Below are positions 19,001 to 29,427 of a stretch of DNA of 64,000 nucleotides, piece after piece. The number at the start of each line of letters is the position of its first letter. The stretch's first letter is position 1. Location of the stretch: NCBI GenBank assembly GCA_038848695.1, contig JAWCNL010000008.1, positions 26,353-90,352 of the forward strand, given 5' to 3'. The notes under the pieces were generated by a model. It saw only the letters and a list, made by a program, of their open reading frames with translations, had not been told where the DNA came from and did no database searches. The position numbers and the translations under genes are program-made. Origin of the DNA: Candidatus Bathyarchaeia archaeon (GTDB taxonomy: Archaea; Thermoproteota; Bathyarchaeia; Bathyarchaeales; Bathycorpusculaceae).

Positions 19001-19375
19001 TTGGCAATACCTTCGCAAGAAACAATTCCTGAGGCGGCTGTAACCTCTGCAGAAGCTCAACCAAAAAAATTGAATGCTGAAGTAGTCACGATGCTCTCAA
19101 CTGCTTTTCTTAAGCGGCTAGGACACAAAGGTCACTTGAAGCCAAAACGGGTTGCATTGGAAGGCGAAGTCTACACGGTTGAAGTTGAAACACAGAAGTT
19201 CACCGCTGTCGTCCGCGTTGATGCAGCAGCGCGTGAAATTAAGGAGTATGATGTACAGCCTAAGAGTGAAGAGAATGCTTTTTCGTTCTCGCCAAAACTT
19301 ATTTTAACCGTCCTCGTCGTCTCCGCTTTGGTTAACGCGGTGCTATATTTTGTTTTTAAAGCGCTTGGCATATAG
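19001..19375 (+). CDS. Hypothetical protein with a C-terminal TM helix
   Basis: 124-aa ORF with a TTG start and a hydrophobic C-terminus (LILTVLVVSALVNAVLYFVF). Confidence 0.4.
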   Translation: MAIPSQETIPEAAVTSAEAQPKKLNAEVVTMLSTAFLKRLGHKGHLKPKRVALEGEVYTVEVETQKFTAVVRVDAAAREIKEYDVQPKSEENAFSFSPKLILTVLVVSALVNAVLYFVFKALGI

Positions 19376-19451
19376 CGTGTTTTGCTTAAAAGTTGACGAC
19401 TATAAAAATTAAAAAAACTAATAGAATGGGGTTCTATTGTTAAATTTGGAG

Positions 19452-19778
19452 CTAAGCCTTCTTCTTTTCTTCTGAGGCTTCGGTTGTCTTCGTTTCAGCT
19501 GGTTCTTCTGTCTTCTTCTCTTCCATCTCTGCTGTGATTTCTTCGATGGGCTTCGGTGGTGGCGTCGTGGCCATTGTCCAGCCTATCCAGGCGCCTATGA
19601 GCAGTATCGCAATGAAGGCTATGAATACGGGTATTGCGACTACCCATAATTGTGGAAATTCGTAATCAATTCCGATCCATGACGGCCAGTTTGGAACAAA
19701 CAGCGAAAGCGTGTAGCCTACAGCGACAAGTAAGCAGACAACTAATATTGCTCCACCTATTGCTTGATCTTTACTCAA
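19452..19778 (-). CDS. Hypothetical 2-TM membrane protein with a charged tail
   Basis: 108 aa with two hydrophobic helices and a Glu/Lys/Thr-rich C-terminus. Confidence 0.5.
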   Translation of the reverse strand: MSKDQAIGGAILVVCLLVAVGYTLSLFVPNWPSWIGIDYEFPQLWVVAIPVFIAFIAILLIGAWIGWTMATTPPPKPIEEITAEMEEKKTEEPAETKTTEASEEKKKA

Positions 19779-19853
19779 AGCTTTTCACCACTTATAGGGC
19801 ATGTTATATTCTTAATCCATTTAAAGTTTACCATAAATGCTGATATACTTCTG

Positions 19854-21110
19854 CTATGTGGTTCCCATTTCCCATGTAGCCAAATACTTCCGCTGCTCAG
19901 GCGTGAGTTCGTCGATTTTTATTCCCATAGCTTTCAGCTTCAGTTCCGCAACTGCTTCGTCTATTTCCTTTGGAACAGTGTAAACCTTAGGCGGCATCTT
20001 CGCGGTTTTGGCGATGTGCTCCACGCATAGGGCTTGATTTGCAAAGGACATGTCCATAACCTCAGAGGGATGTCCTTCAGCCGCAGCTAAATTTACCAGT
20101 CTACCCTCGGCTAAAAGGTAAAGTCTTCTACCATTCTTCAGAGTGTATTCTTGCAGATTGGGTCTCACGAGTCGTTTCGCTACCGCTAATTCTTCTAAAT
20201 CTTTCAAGTTGATTTCCACATTGAAGTGTCCGCTGTTCGCGAGTATAGCGCCATCCTTCATTGCCTGCATATGCTCTTTCCTTATCACGCTGATGTCGCC
20301 TGTAGCTGTAACAAATATGTCGCCTATTGCAGCTGCCTCAGCCATCGGCATAACACGTAGCCCATTCATTGCTGCCTCCAAAGCTCTAAGCGGATTAGTT
20401 TCCGTTACCACAACATTTGCACCCATGCCTTGCGCACGCATGGCTATGCCTCTTGAACACCAACCGTAGCCGCAGACCACGAAGGTTTTGCCCGCCAAAA
20501 GCGTGTTTGTGGCTCTTAAAATTCCGTCTATGGTGCTTTGTCCTGTTCCATAGCGATTGTCAAAGAGGTACTTTGTGTAAGCATCGTTTACAGCTATAAT
20601 CGCGTACTTAAGGCTTCCAGCCTTTTCCATTGCCCGCAGCCGCAGCACGCCTGTAGTGGTTTCTTCTGTTCCGCCCTTAACATTAGCCAATTCGCCTGTT
20701 CGCTTGCTGTGTAGCGTACCGACGAGGTCAGCGCCATCATCAAGGGTTATCACTGGTTTAAAATCTAACACTTGGTTGATGCACCAGTAGTATTCTTCCG
20801 TTGTCTGTCCGCGCTGTGCAAAAACGTGGACGCCATTTTCTGCAAGCGCCGCGGCGACGTCGTCCTGTGTGGAAAGCGGATTAGAACCGCACAAGGCAAC
20901 TTTGGCGCCTCCCGCCATTAACGTGTCAACCAAAACTGCGGTTTCCTTCGTTACGTGCAGGCATGCGCCAAGTGTCAAGCCTTTCAGCGGCTGTTCCTTG
21001 CTAAATCGCTTTTTGATCTGGTTGAGCACGGGCATGTGTGCTGAAGCCCACTCTATCTGTAGGTGACCTTGTGGCGCTAACTTTTCGTCTTTAACTTGAA
21101 ATTCCTTCAT
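19854..21110 (-). CDS. ahcY: Adenosylhomocysteinase
   Basis: 418 aa with [27 protein letters not shown] (NAD-binding motif) and SGHFNVEI. Confidence 0.95.
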   Translation of the reverse strand: MKEFQVKDEKLAPQGHLQIEWASAHMPVLNQIKKRFSKEQPLKGLTLGACLHVTKETAVLVDTLMAGGAKVALCGSNPLSTQDDVAAALAENGVHVFAQRGQTTEEYYWCINQVLDFKPVITLDDGADLVGTLHSKRTGELANVKGGTEETTTGVLRLRAMEKAGSLKYAIIAVNDAYTKYLFDNRYGTGQSTIDGILRATNTLLAGKTFVVCGYGWCSRGIAMRAQGMGANVVVTETNPLRALEAAMNGLRVMPMAEAAAIGDIFVTATGDISVIRKEHMQAMKDGAILANSGHFNVEINLKDLEELAVAKRLVRPNLQEYTLKNGRRLYLLAEGRLVNLAAAEGHPSEVMDMSFANQALCVEHIAKTAKMPPKVYTVPKEIDEAVAELKLKAMGIKIDELTPEQRKYLATWEMGTT

Positions 21111-21205
21111 AGCGTAATCCTTCTTTTTCAGAAAAGAATTGCCCTCTAACTATTTAGCTTTGTCTTTGTAGTGAAGCACTGCGGCGTATTTGCTGTTTTT
21201 CTCTT

Positions 21206-21874
21206 GTGCTTTCTTGCTGGAAAAGTTTAATTATGTTTTCACCTCAACTTCTCTTTGAGAGGATGCCATTGAAGGAACCTTTTGCTGAGTTCGTCAAGAA
21301 AGAGTTAGGCTCCAACGTTTTGCTAATCACTTGCGGGTTGCCTGGAACCTGGAAAACCGAAACTTCCGAAGAAATCTCAAAGATCAAGGGATATCCGATT
21401 CTCAGGAGCGATTTGATCCGCTTGGAAGTTCTCAAAAACGAGGATGTGTTTGACCCGAAAGTGGCTGGGAACATGAGCAAGCGCTTGTCCGTGTATGATG
21501 AAATGTTCCGGAGAGCAGAAGACCTAGCAGGCAAAAGCAAGCAGGGCTTAATTTTGGATGCTACTTTTGTTACGCAGGATCTGCGGAGACGCGCCGCTGA
21601 AATTGCCGCTAAACATGGCATGACCTTTGTTATTCTTGAAACTCACTGTTCCGAGGAAGCGTCTATTGCGCGGATTCTTAGGCGAACAAAGGAGAATTAT
21701 GAATCAAACGCTCTAACCAAGGAAGCTTATTACAATAACAAGAGCAAGTTTGAACCTGTTGATGTAGATGACTTGAAGAAGCGTTTCCCGCAGCTTAGCA
21801 TTATGCATCTGACAGTGGACACGGAGCATGACGCCCCAGAGGACTGGCACATCATCGGCGTGGAGAAACGGTAG
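21206..21874 (+). CDS. P-loop kinase-like ATP-binding protein (AAA_33-like)
   Basis: Walker A-like GLPGTWKT and Walker B-like LILDATF. The true start is probably an internal Met (21233 or 21263). Confidence 0.6.
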   Translation: MLSCWKSLIMFSPQLLFERMPLKEPFAEFVKKELGSNVLLITCGLPGTWKTETSEEISKIKGYPILRSDLIRLEVLKNEDVFDPKVAGNMSKRLSVYDEMFRRAEDLAGKSKQGLILDATFVTQDLRRRAAEIAAKHGMTFVILETHCSEEASIARILRRTKENYESNALTKEAYYNNKSKFEPVDVDDLKKRFPQLSIMHLTVDTEHDAPEDWHIIGVEKR

Positions 21875-21886
21875 CCAGGCAGCTCC

Positions 21887-22753
21887 ATGATCATAGATTT
21901 GCATATTCATTCAAAGCAATCTGACGGCGCCTTAACTGTCGAAGAAATCTTCAAGGAGGCTAAATGCCGAAACATTGGCTTCATGTCCATTACAGACCAC
22001 GATTCCATCGACTGTCAGCCAGCCGCCATCGAAGCCGCTGCAAAAGCCGGAATTCGCTATGTTTCAGGCGTTGAATTAAACGTAACCTTTTCTCACCAAA
22101 GGTACCACCAGGGTAAGTCAATATCGCTGGATTTTCTAGGCTACCAATTTGACGTAGAAGACAAGGCGTTAAAGACTAAGCTTGGGCAGATGGCGCGTTA
22201 CCGCGAGGAAAGAGCCGCCAAAATCCTCAGCAACCTTAACGCAGAATTCGAAAAAGAATGTATTCCGCCGCTAACGAAGCGTGATTTCGACGAAATCCAA
22301 GCATCTGTTGACGGAACCCTTGGCAGGCCACACATCGCGGATTACCTTGTGCGGAAGGGCATTGTTCGGAATAGGCAGGAGGCTTTTGACCGCTACCTCG
22401 TGAAATGCGACGTGCCCAAGTATCCGCTTTACCTCGAGGAGGCATCGCGGCTTGTGAGAAACGCTGGCGGAAAAATAGTGCTGGCGCATCCCAACGACCC
22501 TCATGGGACATCTCTTGTGACGCTTACCCGGTCGCTGGGTGAGCAGACGCAAATAATCGAGGAGGCAATGCTGGCGTATATCGATGGCGTGGAATGCTGG
22601 CACTCCAGAAATGACGATCAAACAACTGCGCATTACATACGATTTGCAAAAGAGCATGAGCTAATCATGACTGGCGGAAGCGACTGCCACCAGAAGCCCA
22701 TAGTCATGGGAACAGTAAAAATCCCAGAATACGTTGCGGAGCAATTTAGGTAA
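21887..22753 (+). CDS. PHP-domain metal-dependent phosphoesterase
   Basis: N-terminal IDLHIHSKQSDG, ITDHD, and a C-terminal GGSDCH motif. Confidence 0.8.
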   Translation: MIIDLHIHSKQSDGALTVEEIFKEAKCRNIGFMSITDHDSIDCQPAAIEAAAKAGIRYVSGVELNVTFSHQRYHQGKSISLDFLGYQFDVEDKALKTKLGQMARYREERAAKILSNLNAEFEKECIPPLTKRDFDEIQASVDGTLGRPHIADYLVRKGIVRNRQEAFDRYLVKCDVPKYPLYLEEASRLVRNAGGKIVLAHPNDPHGTSLVTLTRSLGEQTQIIEEAMLAYIDGVECWHSRNDDQTTAHYIRFAKEHELIMTGGSDCHQKPIVMGTVKIPEYVAEQFR

Positions 22754-22759
22754 TTGTGG

Positions 22760-23767
22760 CTAAAGGTTCTTCGCGTAAGCAGTGCCTATTTTGAAATAGG
22801 CGGATGCTTCCTTTTTTGCGGCGTCTTTTTCTTCACTACGTACATTTGGGTCGTTTAGTTTGAAGCTGACAACTTTCCCGCGAACGTAAGCTCGGTAGCA
22901 CTTGTAGAATGGCAGAACAGCCATCAATTCTCTGTCAGCAGAGTATTCCACGTATTTTTCAATAAATACTTCAGAAAGGTCTGCGCGTCCTCTGAAGTCT
23001 AGGTCCATGGCGAGAAACGCAACATCCGCCGCAACGTCAGAATACCGGAATCTGTCATTGAATTCTATGGCGTCGAATATGTAGATGCCGTTTGTTATGA
23101 AGATATTGCCCGAATGTATGTCTCCGTGGCAATCTCTGACCTTGCCAGTTGCGACACGCTCTGCAAAAACCGCTGCGTTTCGCTTCATGAAATTATTGAC
23201 TTTGCTGCGGATTAGCTCAAAGTCTTCCTTGGATACTGTTTTGCCGATGAACTCCACAGTTTGATCGAAATTTTCTCTCCAGTTTGCCTCTATTATCGGT
23301 AGGGCGCCGAACTTACTTATCTGCTGGTTTGTCTCCGCTTTAGCATGGAATTCCGCGATTCGCTTAGCTATCATTTCCACAAGTCTCGCGTCCACCTTGT
23401 TCTCTTCGAGGAGTCTGCTCATTATCTTCTCCTGCGGCAGTCGCCTCATTTTCACTGCGTACTCAACAGTTTCGCCGGCACCTTTGATCTTGATGGCGTC
23501 TGCCTTGTTGATGGGCACGACTTCAAGATACATGTCGCCGCACAGCCGCCTGTTCAGCTCCAGCTCTTTCTCGCAGAAGAATCGCCTCTTCTCTAGCGTT
23601 GTGAAGTCCAGGAAGCCGAAGTTCACGGCCTTCTTCACCTTGTAGACAAAGCGTTCAGTTAGGAAAATGTAGGAAATGTGCGTCTGCTCAAGCTTAACTT
23701 TGCCCACGTCTTCATCGTAGGCTTCAGGCTTCATTAAAGCGTCCACAATTTGCTTTTGAGCCAGCAT
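22760..23767 (-). CDS. APH/choline-kinase-like phosphotransferase family protein
   Basis: ETHISYIFL...YKVKKAVNFGFLDFTTLEKRR N-terminus, HGDIHSGNIF catalytic loop, and FDAIEFNDRFRYSDVAADVAFL. Confidence 0.75.
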   Translation of the reverse strand: MLAQKQIVDALMKPEAYDEDVGKVKLEQTHISYIFLTERFVYKVKKAVNFGFLDFTTLEKRRFFCEKELELNRRLCGDMYLEVVPINKADAIKIKGAGETVEYAVKMRRLPQEKIMSRLLEENKVDARLVEMIAKRIAEFHAKAETNQQISKFGALPIIEANWRENFDQTVEFIGKTVSKEDFELIRSKVNNFMKRNAAVFAERVATGKVRDCHGDIHSGNIFITNGIYIFDAIEFNDRFRYSDVAADVAFLAMDLDFRGRADLSEVFIEKYVEYSADRELMAVLPFYKCYRAYVRGKVVSFKLNDPNVRSEEKDAAKKEASAYFKIGTAYAKNL

Positions 23768-23980
23768 TTGTCTCCTCCAAACTTGTTAATATATTGCCTT
23801 ATTCTGTAAAAACTTCTTGTGATTATATAGGAATATTCCATGGCAAATAACAAACCTTGATTAAGCAATGTAGGATTCAACAGCCAATAAGCCCAATTTG
23901 AGGCACCTATGCGCATTTCTTGACATATTACGATTTCGGAATACAAAGATAAATACTGATTCAAAACACCTTTTTTCTGG

Positions 23981-24085
23981 GTGCTGCTGTTGGATATTGA
24001 AACCGCAGATGACCTGCAGAGAGCCCTCAAAGATGCAGGTTACTCTGATAATGCGATAGCAGAGATTATGAAGTGGTATACTTAG
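23981..24085 (+). CDS. Candidate small ORF (34 aa), below the ORF-track cutoff
   Basis: GTG 23981 to TAG 24083-24085: VLLLDIETADDLQRALKDAGYSDNAIAEIMKWYT, with an amphipathic helical look. A TATA-like ataaatac lies about 27 nt upstream of the GTG, which suggests a leaderless transcript. Confidence 0.3.
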   Translation: MLLLDIETADDLQRALKDAGYSDNAIAEIMKWYT

Positions 24086-24262
24086 GGGCGTCTCCAACTC
24101 AATTTTGCGGTAACTTTGTAGCTTCGCTTTTAGCTTTCTAACCGATTTTGATGAAATAAGATTCCTTTCTACAGACCGTGTCTTCGGCTAGGGCGGCATG
24201 TCAAATCTAAAACGGCAATCTTAATAGCGCGATGCTTGAACTTAGCTTATAGGGGATGAGTT

Positions 24263-25510
24263 ATGGCTCAGCAGACAGCGTTAACTATTGCCTTGGAACA
24301 GCTGAGGTTGGCTGCTGAGAAGCTGGAGCTTGATGATGGAATTCACGAGCTGCTTAAGAAGCCTAAGAGGACCATCATAGTCTCGGTTACCATAAAGATG
24401 GATGATTGCAGCATCGGCGTCTTCAATGGTTGCCGCGTGCAGCATTGGGATGTTAGAGGGCCCTTCAAGGGCGGTATTCGGTATCATCCTGACTTGACTA
24501 TTGATGATGTAACTGCGCTTGCAATGTGGATGACTTGGAAATGCGCCATTGTTGATCTTCCTTATGGCGGCGCAAAAGGTGGAATCGCTTGTGATCCTAA
24601 AAAGATGTCTCAGGGGGAGCTGGAGAGGCTGACGCGGCGTTATGTAAGCTTAATTTTTGATTATCTTGGGCCGCATCGGGATATACCTGCGCCTGATGTC
24701 TACACTAACGAGCAGACTATGGCGTGGGTAATGGACACGTATAGTCAGCTTAAGGGTTATAGCGTTCCAGAAAGTGTTACTGGAAAACCCTTAGAGGTCG
24801 GTGGCTCCGAGGGCAGAGTGTGCGCTGCATCATTGGGCTTGGCTTTCTGCATCAGGGAAGCTGCTAAACTTTTAAAATTGAACCTTAAGAACGCTAAAGT
24901 AGCGGTGCAAGGCTTCGGTAATGTGGGCTACAACGCTGCAAGCATAATGCATAGCTTAGGCTGCAAAATCGTTGCGGTAAGTGACTCATCTGGCGGAATT
25001 TACTGCGAGGATGGTATAAACCCCTCTGATGTGCAGGTGCACAAGAAGAAAACGGGTTCTGTAATAAACTACAAGAACTGCCGGAACATAACAAATGAGG
25101 AGTTAATGCAGACTGAATGCGACATTCTAATTCCCGCAGCACTGCAGAACCAGATCACCGGGGCCAATGTGGATAAGATCCGCGCGAAGATAGTGGCGGA
25201 AGGCGCGAATGGTCCTACAACACCTGAAGCGGACAAGGCGCTTTATGAGAAGGGCGTGTGCCTCATCCCTGATATCCTCGCGAATTCCGGAGGCGTTATA
25301 GTAAGCTATTTCGAGTGGGTTCAGAATTTGACGCGGGAGCATTGGCCGTTAGCTGAAGTTAATGCTAAGCTGGAAAACAAAATAGTTAAGGCGTTCTATG
25401 AAGTTCAGAAGTTATCGCGGAAGGAAGAGAGTGACATGCGAACAGCCGCGCTGATGCTTGGCGTAGGCCGCGTCGCGCAAGCGATTAAGACGCTGGGTTT
25501 ATGGCCATAG
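24263..25510 (+). CDS. gdhA: Glutamate dehydrogenase
   Basis: 415 aa with GPFKGGIRYHP, LPYGGAKGG, VQGFGNVG and EGANGPTTPEA. Confidence 0.95.
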   Translation: MAQQTALTIALEQLRLAAEKLELDDGIHELLKKPKRTIIVSVTIKMDDCSIGVFNGCRVQHWDVRGPFKGGIRYHPDLTIDDVTALAMWMTWKCAIVDLPYGGAKGGIACDPKKMSQGELERLTRRYVSLIFDYLGPHRDIPAPDVYTNEQTMAWVMDTYSQLKGYSVPESVTGKPLEVGGSEGRVCAASLGLAFCIREAAKLLKLNLKNAKVAVQGFGNVGYNAASIMHSLGCKIVAVSDSSGGIYCEDGINPSDVQVHKKKTGSVINYKNCRNITNEELMQTECDILIPAALQNQITGANVDKIRAKIVAEGANGPTTPEADKALYEKGVCLIPDILANSGGVIVSYFEWVQNLTREHWPLAEVNAKLENKIVKAFYEVQKLSRKEESDMRTAALMLGVGRVAQAIKTLGLWP

Positions 25511-25603
25511 TAAGTAGTGTTGCCGCTTTTCTCTAAAATCCCAAATTATTTAATCTAAACATTTAAACTGCTCATCTTATATTCTGCTTCGCCGCATAAG
25601 TAT

Positions 25604-26200
25604 GTGCCGAAGGGGGAAAGAGCCGTGCCATTACTCGTTAAGGATCTGGATTTTTGCTTCGAAAACTTACCTGTAAAAATAATCGCTGACCGAAACTACC
25701 CTGAAATTCAGCTTGCAGGGCTATCCATAGGCCCATTGGAGGAAGGAAACGAATACGAGGTTTATTACTGGGTGGCGCAGGAACTGGTTAAGGCGGGAAT
25801 TGCCCATTTCCGCGAAGACGACTGCTTGGACGCGACCAAGCTTTACAAGATTCAATGGAAAGAGCGCGTTCAAGCGGCGGGGCAAATCTCCGAGCTATCA
25901 GAGGATTTCTATCCGAAGCTTCGTCGTTACTTGGCAAATATAAAAGGCGAAATAGCTAAGCACCCTGAGAAAGTGCAGGAGTACGAGAAGGCGAAGCATT
26001 CCGCGTGGGACATAGTGAATTCTCGATTAAAGAAAATTGTCACGTTATCTTCTGGTCCTCCACAACCTGACCACATTCAAAAGAAATTTACATGCGAGGA
26101 GCGTTTTATTTACGTTCAACTCAGCAAAATAATCAATGAGTGGAAGGCTCAGATTCTAAATTTTGAAGGAGAGCGTGAAGCAGGATGGCCAGAGAATTAG
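25604..26200 (+). CDS. GINS complex subunit (Gins23-type domain order)
   Basis: 198 aa with a beta-rich N-terminal part followed by a helical C-terminal part. It overlaps the mcm start by 16 nt. A gins23-mcm operon is known in Sulfolobus. Confidence 0.55.
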   Translation: MPKGERAVPLLVKDLDFCFENLPVKIIADRNYPEIQLAGLSIGPLEEGNEYEVYYWVAQELVKAGIAHFREDDCLDATKLYKIQWKERVQAAGQISELSEDFYPKLRRYLANIKGEIAKHPEKVQEYEKAKHSAWDIVNSRLKKIVTLSSGPPQPDHIQKKFTCEERFIYVQLSKIINEWKAQILNFEGEREAGWPEN

Positions 26201-28221
26201 AGACGGTAGATCCGCAGAAGAGCTTTCTTGAGTTCTTCAAAAAAGAGAAGTATCGCCAGAGAATCTCGCAGATGGCCATAGCCGGGCGTGAATCTGTTAC
26301 TATCGATTTTGAAGACCTCTTCGCGTTTGACCAGAGCTTAGCTGAGAAACTCATGGAGAAACCAGATGTTTTCTTACAGTATGCCAGCAACGCTGCGCAT
26401 GAGCAGCTTCAAATAGAAGACGCAGAGTACGCGCAGAAAATCGGCAAAATCACCATACGAGTCGTACAACTACTTGGTAAGGAACCACTGCGCAAGCTTG
26501 GTTCCAAAAATCTTGGCAAACTAGTTATGATTGAAGCCATCGTGGTCAGGGCCACATCGGTGCGTCCAATGGTGATGAACGCCGCGTTCAAATGCAAACG
26601 CTGTGGCACTTTAACACACGTGGAGCAAACGGGCCCATTCTTAAAAGCGCCGTTCGAGTGCAGCGATCCTACCTGTATGCAAAAAGGGCCTTTCGAGTTC
26701 ATGCAAGACGAATCCACATTCGTGGACTCACAAGACCTCCGCTTGCAAGAGCGGCCTGAAGACTTGCCGCCTGGTCAACTGCCGCGTACAGTGAATGTTA
26801 AGCTCGTTGGCAGCGACATTGTTGACGTTGCCCGACCAGGCGATCACGTTTCAATTGTTGGTATCGTTCGTGCAGTTGCGCCCTCCAAGCCTGGAATAGG
26901 TAAACTGCGCACTTTTGTTTTGCATATAGATGCTAACTCAATAACAGTGTTGGGTAAAGAACCAGAGGCTTCTCCGCCTACGCCTGAGGAAGAAGAGAAA
27001 ATTCTCGCGCTTGCAAGGGATCCGTTAGTTCACAAGAAAATAATGAATTCGATAGCGCCTTCAATCTACGGTTACGAGCACATTAAAGAAGCCATAATGT
27101 ATCTCCTCTTCGGCGGTGTATCCAAAAGCCTTCCCGACATCACTGTGCGTGGAGAAATAAACACGCTCCTAATCGGTGACCCAGGCACTGCCAAGTCCCA
27201 GCTTTTGCAGTATGTAGCTCGAATTGCTCCACGTGGTCTATACACTTCTGGTCGTGGAACAACTGCTGCTGGCTTAACTGCAGCCGTAATCCGCGAAAAA
27301 GGCGGAAGCATGAGCCTTGAAGCGGGCGCTTTGGTGCTGGCTGACAAAGGCATAGCATGTATCGACGAGATGGATAAGATGCGCCCTGAAGACCGCGTTG
27401 CCATACACGAAGCCATGGAGCAGCACACGGTTTCAGTCGCCAAAGGCGGCATAGTCGCCACATTAAACGCGCGGACGGCAATACTTGCAGCAGCTAACCC
27501 CTCATTGGGCAGGTATGAACCGCATCGGACTGTAGCTGAGAACATCTCGTTGCCCGTGACAATTCTGTCCAGGTTTGACTTAATTTTCGTGTTGCGCGAT
27601 ATCCCGAATAAAGACTCGGATGCAAAAATGTTGGAGCACATCCTTGAGATTCACAAAAGAGGCGCAAGCCCTCTGGAGGCGCAGATAGAGCCTGATCTGC
27701 TGCGAAAATATATAAGCTATGCCAAAACCATTAAGCCCGTGTTAACCAGTGCCGCTACGAAACGCCTAGGCGAGTTCTATTTGGCTATGCGTTCTGCAAG
27801 CGAGACTGAGGGGTCGCCTGTAGCGATTACAGCGCGGCAGCTGGAGTCGCTTGTTCGCATTGCTGAGGCAAGAGCGCGTGTAGCCTTGAGGAAGGAAGTT
27901 ACAGCTGAGGATGCGGAGGCGGCGATAGCTATCATGAAAAGGTCGCTGGAAGAGGTTGGAATAGATGTGTCCTCTGCTAAGATGGACATTGACCTTATAA
28001 TGACTGGGAAACCTAAAAGCGTCAGAGACAAGCTGCAAGTTGTGCTCTCCGTGCTAGTTGAGATGGAGAAGGAAATAGGCATGGTGGAGAAGGCTGCGCT
28101 TGTAAGCGAATTGGAGTCGAAACATCAGATTCCAAAGGCTGAAACAGAACGCATGCTTAGCCAGCTGCTACGTGAAGGCACCATTTACGAGCCAAGAGAA
28201 GGATATCTAAAGAAGACTTGA
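26185..28221 (+). CDS. mcm: MCM replicative helicase
   Basis: 678 aa with Zn motif CKRCG...C..C, Walker A GDPGTAKS, Walker B CIDEMDKM, arginine finger SRFDLIF, and a C-terminal wHTH. Confidence 0.97.
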   Translation: MARELETVDPQKSFLEFFKKEKYRQRISQMAIAGRESVTIDFEDLFAFDQSLAEKLMEKPDVFLQYASNAAHEQLQIEDAEYAQKIGKITIRVVQLLGKEPLRKLGSKNLGKLVMIEAIVVRATSVRPMVMNAAFKCKRCGTLTHVEQTGPFLKAPFECSDPTCMQKGPFEFMQDESTFVDSQDLRLQERPEDLPPGQLPRTVNVKLVGSDIVDVARPGDHVSIVGIVRAVAPSKPGIGKLRTFVLHIDANSITVLGKEPEASPPTPEEEEKILALARDPLVHKKIMNSIAPSIYGYEHIKEAIMYLLFGGVSKSLPDITVRGEINTLLIGDPGTAKSQLLQYVARIAPRGLYTSGRGTTAAGLTAAVIREKGGSMSLEAGALVLADKGIACIDEMDKMRPEDRVAIHEAMEQHTVSVAKGGIVATLNARTAILAAANPSLGRYEPHRTVAENISLPVTILSRFDLIFVLRDIPNKDSDAKMLEHILEIHKRGASPLEAQIEPDLLRKYISYAKTIKPVLTSAATKRLGEFYLAMRSASETEGSPVAITARQLESLVRIAEARARVALRKEVTAEDAEAAIAIMKRSLEEVGIDVSSAKMDIDLIMTGKPKSVRDKLQVVLSVLVEMEKEIGMVEKAALVSELESKHQIPKAETERMLSQLLREGTIYEPREGYLKKT

Positions 28222-28234
28222 GAGACGTAGAATC

Positions 28235-29323
28235 ATGAAGACAGTGATGGTTGTCGCGGGCACGAGACCTGAAATAATAAAGATGGCGCCTCTCATACGG
28301 GCTCTGCAAAGAAACAAAATTCCCTTCACTTTTGTCCACTGTGGTCAGCATTATGATTATAACATGTCGCAGCAGTTCATTGAAGAGCTGGCGCTTCCAC
28401 AACCCGACATCGCTTTCAAAATCAAGATTGCCTCGACTGCTGCGCAAACAGCGCGGATAATGCTGAACATGGCTGAGTTGCTAAAGAAAACGGCGCCAGT
28501 TTTGGTTCTGGTTGAGGGCGACACTAACAGTGTAGTAGCAGCAGCCCTTGCAGCGAACAAGCATGGAATCTCCGTGGGGCATGTTGAAGCTGGTTTAAGA
28601 AGTTTTGACCTACGCATGCCCGAAGAACATAACAGGCGCTTAACTGACCATCTGTCAGAGCATTTATTCGCTCCGACCTCACGGGCAGAAGCCAATTTGA
28701 AAAACGAGAATGTTTGGGGCAAAATCTACGTAACTGGAAACACCGTTATCGACGCTGTGCATCAACATCTGCCCATAGCGGAAAAGAAATCCCGAATACT
28801 TGAAGAAATACGTTTTGAAAGGTTCGCGTTGGCAACAGCACATAGAGCTGAAAACGTGGATAATCTACCCGTACTAAAGAATTTCATGGGAGCCTTCGCG
28901 GAATCGCCGCTGCCTATCGTCTACCCAATGCATCCGCGCACCAAAAAGCAATTACGCAAGAGCGGATTATACTCAAAAGTCAAAAATATCAGAAACATTC
29001 AGATTTTGCCGCCTGTTGGCTATTTGGACTTTCTTGTACTAATGAAAAAATGCGAATTAATCATCACCGACTCAGGCGGCATACAAGAAGAAGCTACCGC
29101 GCCATGCATAAAGAAGCCCATAATAGTGATTAGGTTATCGACAGAGAGACCTGAAGCAGTAGAAGCTGGCTTCGCCACGGTTGCTGGAACCGAAAAAAAT
29201 GAGATATTATCCGCCATAGACGCGGCCTTAACGAGCAGAAAACAGCTCCCAAATGCATCTCCTTTTGGTGATGGAAAAGCAGCTGAAAAAATCGCGGGAA
29301 TCATCAAACCCTTCTTACCATAA
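28235..29323 (+). CDS. wecB: UDP-N-acetylglucosamine 2-epimerase (non-hydrolysing)
   Basis: GTRPEIIKMAP, GDTNS, HVEAGLRSFD..MPEEHNR and DSGGIQEE. Confidence 0.9.
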   Translation: MKTVMVVAGTRPEIIKMAPLIRALQRNKIPFTFVHCGQHYDYNMSQQFIEELALPQPDIAFKIKIASTAAQTARIMLNMAELLKKTAPVLVLVEGDTNSVVAAALAANKHGISVGHVEAGLRSFDLRMPEEHNRRLTDHLSEHLFAPTSRAEANLKNENVWGKIYVTGNTVIDAVHQHLPIAEKKSRILEEIRFERFALATAHRAENVDNLPVLKNFMGAFAESPLPIVYPMHPRTKKQLRKSGLYSKVKNIRNIQILPPVGYLDFLVLMKKCELIITDSGGIQEEATAPCIKKPIIVIRLSTERPEAVEAGFATVAGTEKNEILSAIDAALTSRKQLPNASPFGDGKAAEKIAGIIKPFLP

Positions 29324-29427
29324 ACGGAAGTTGCATGCAGAAGACCGCTGCATTTTCACAGTTCGCGCTGCTTAGGCATTTAAGGTGAAAACTATTTATG
29401 CCTCACATCTAAGCATTTGTGTAAAGG

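Noticed and set aside
26185-28221. Intein or insertion in MCM.
   Set aside because: The length of 678 aa and the uninterrupted Walker A, Walker B and arginine-finger spacing are normal for an intein-free archaeal MCM.
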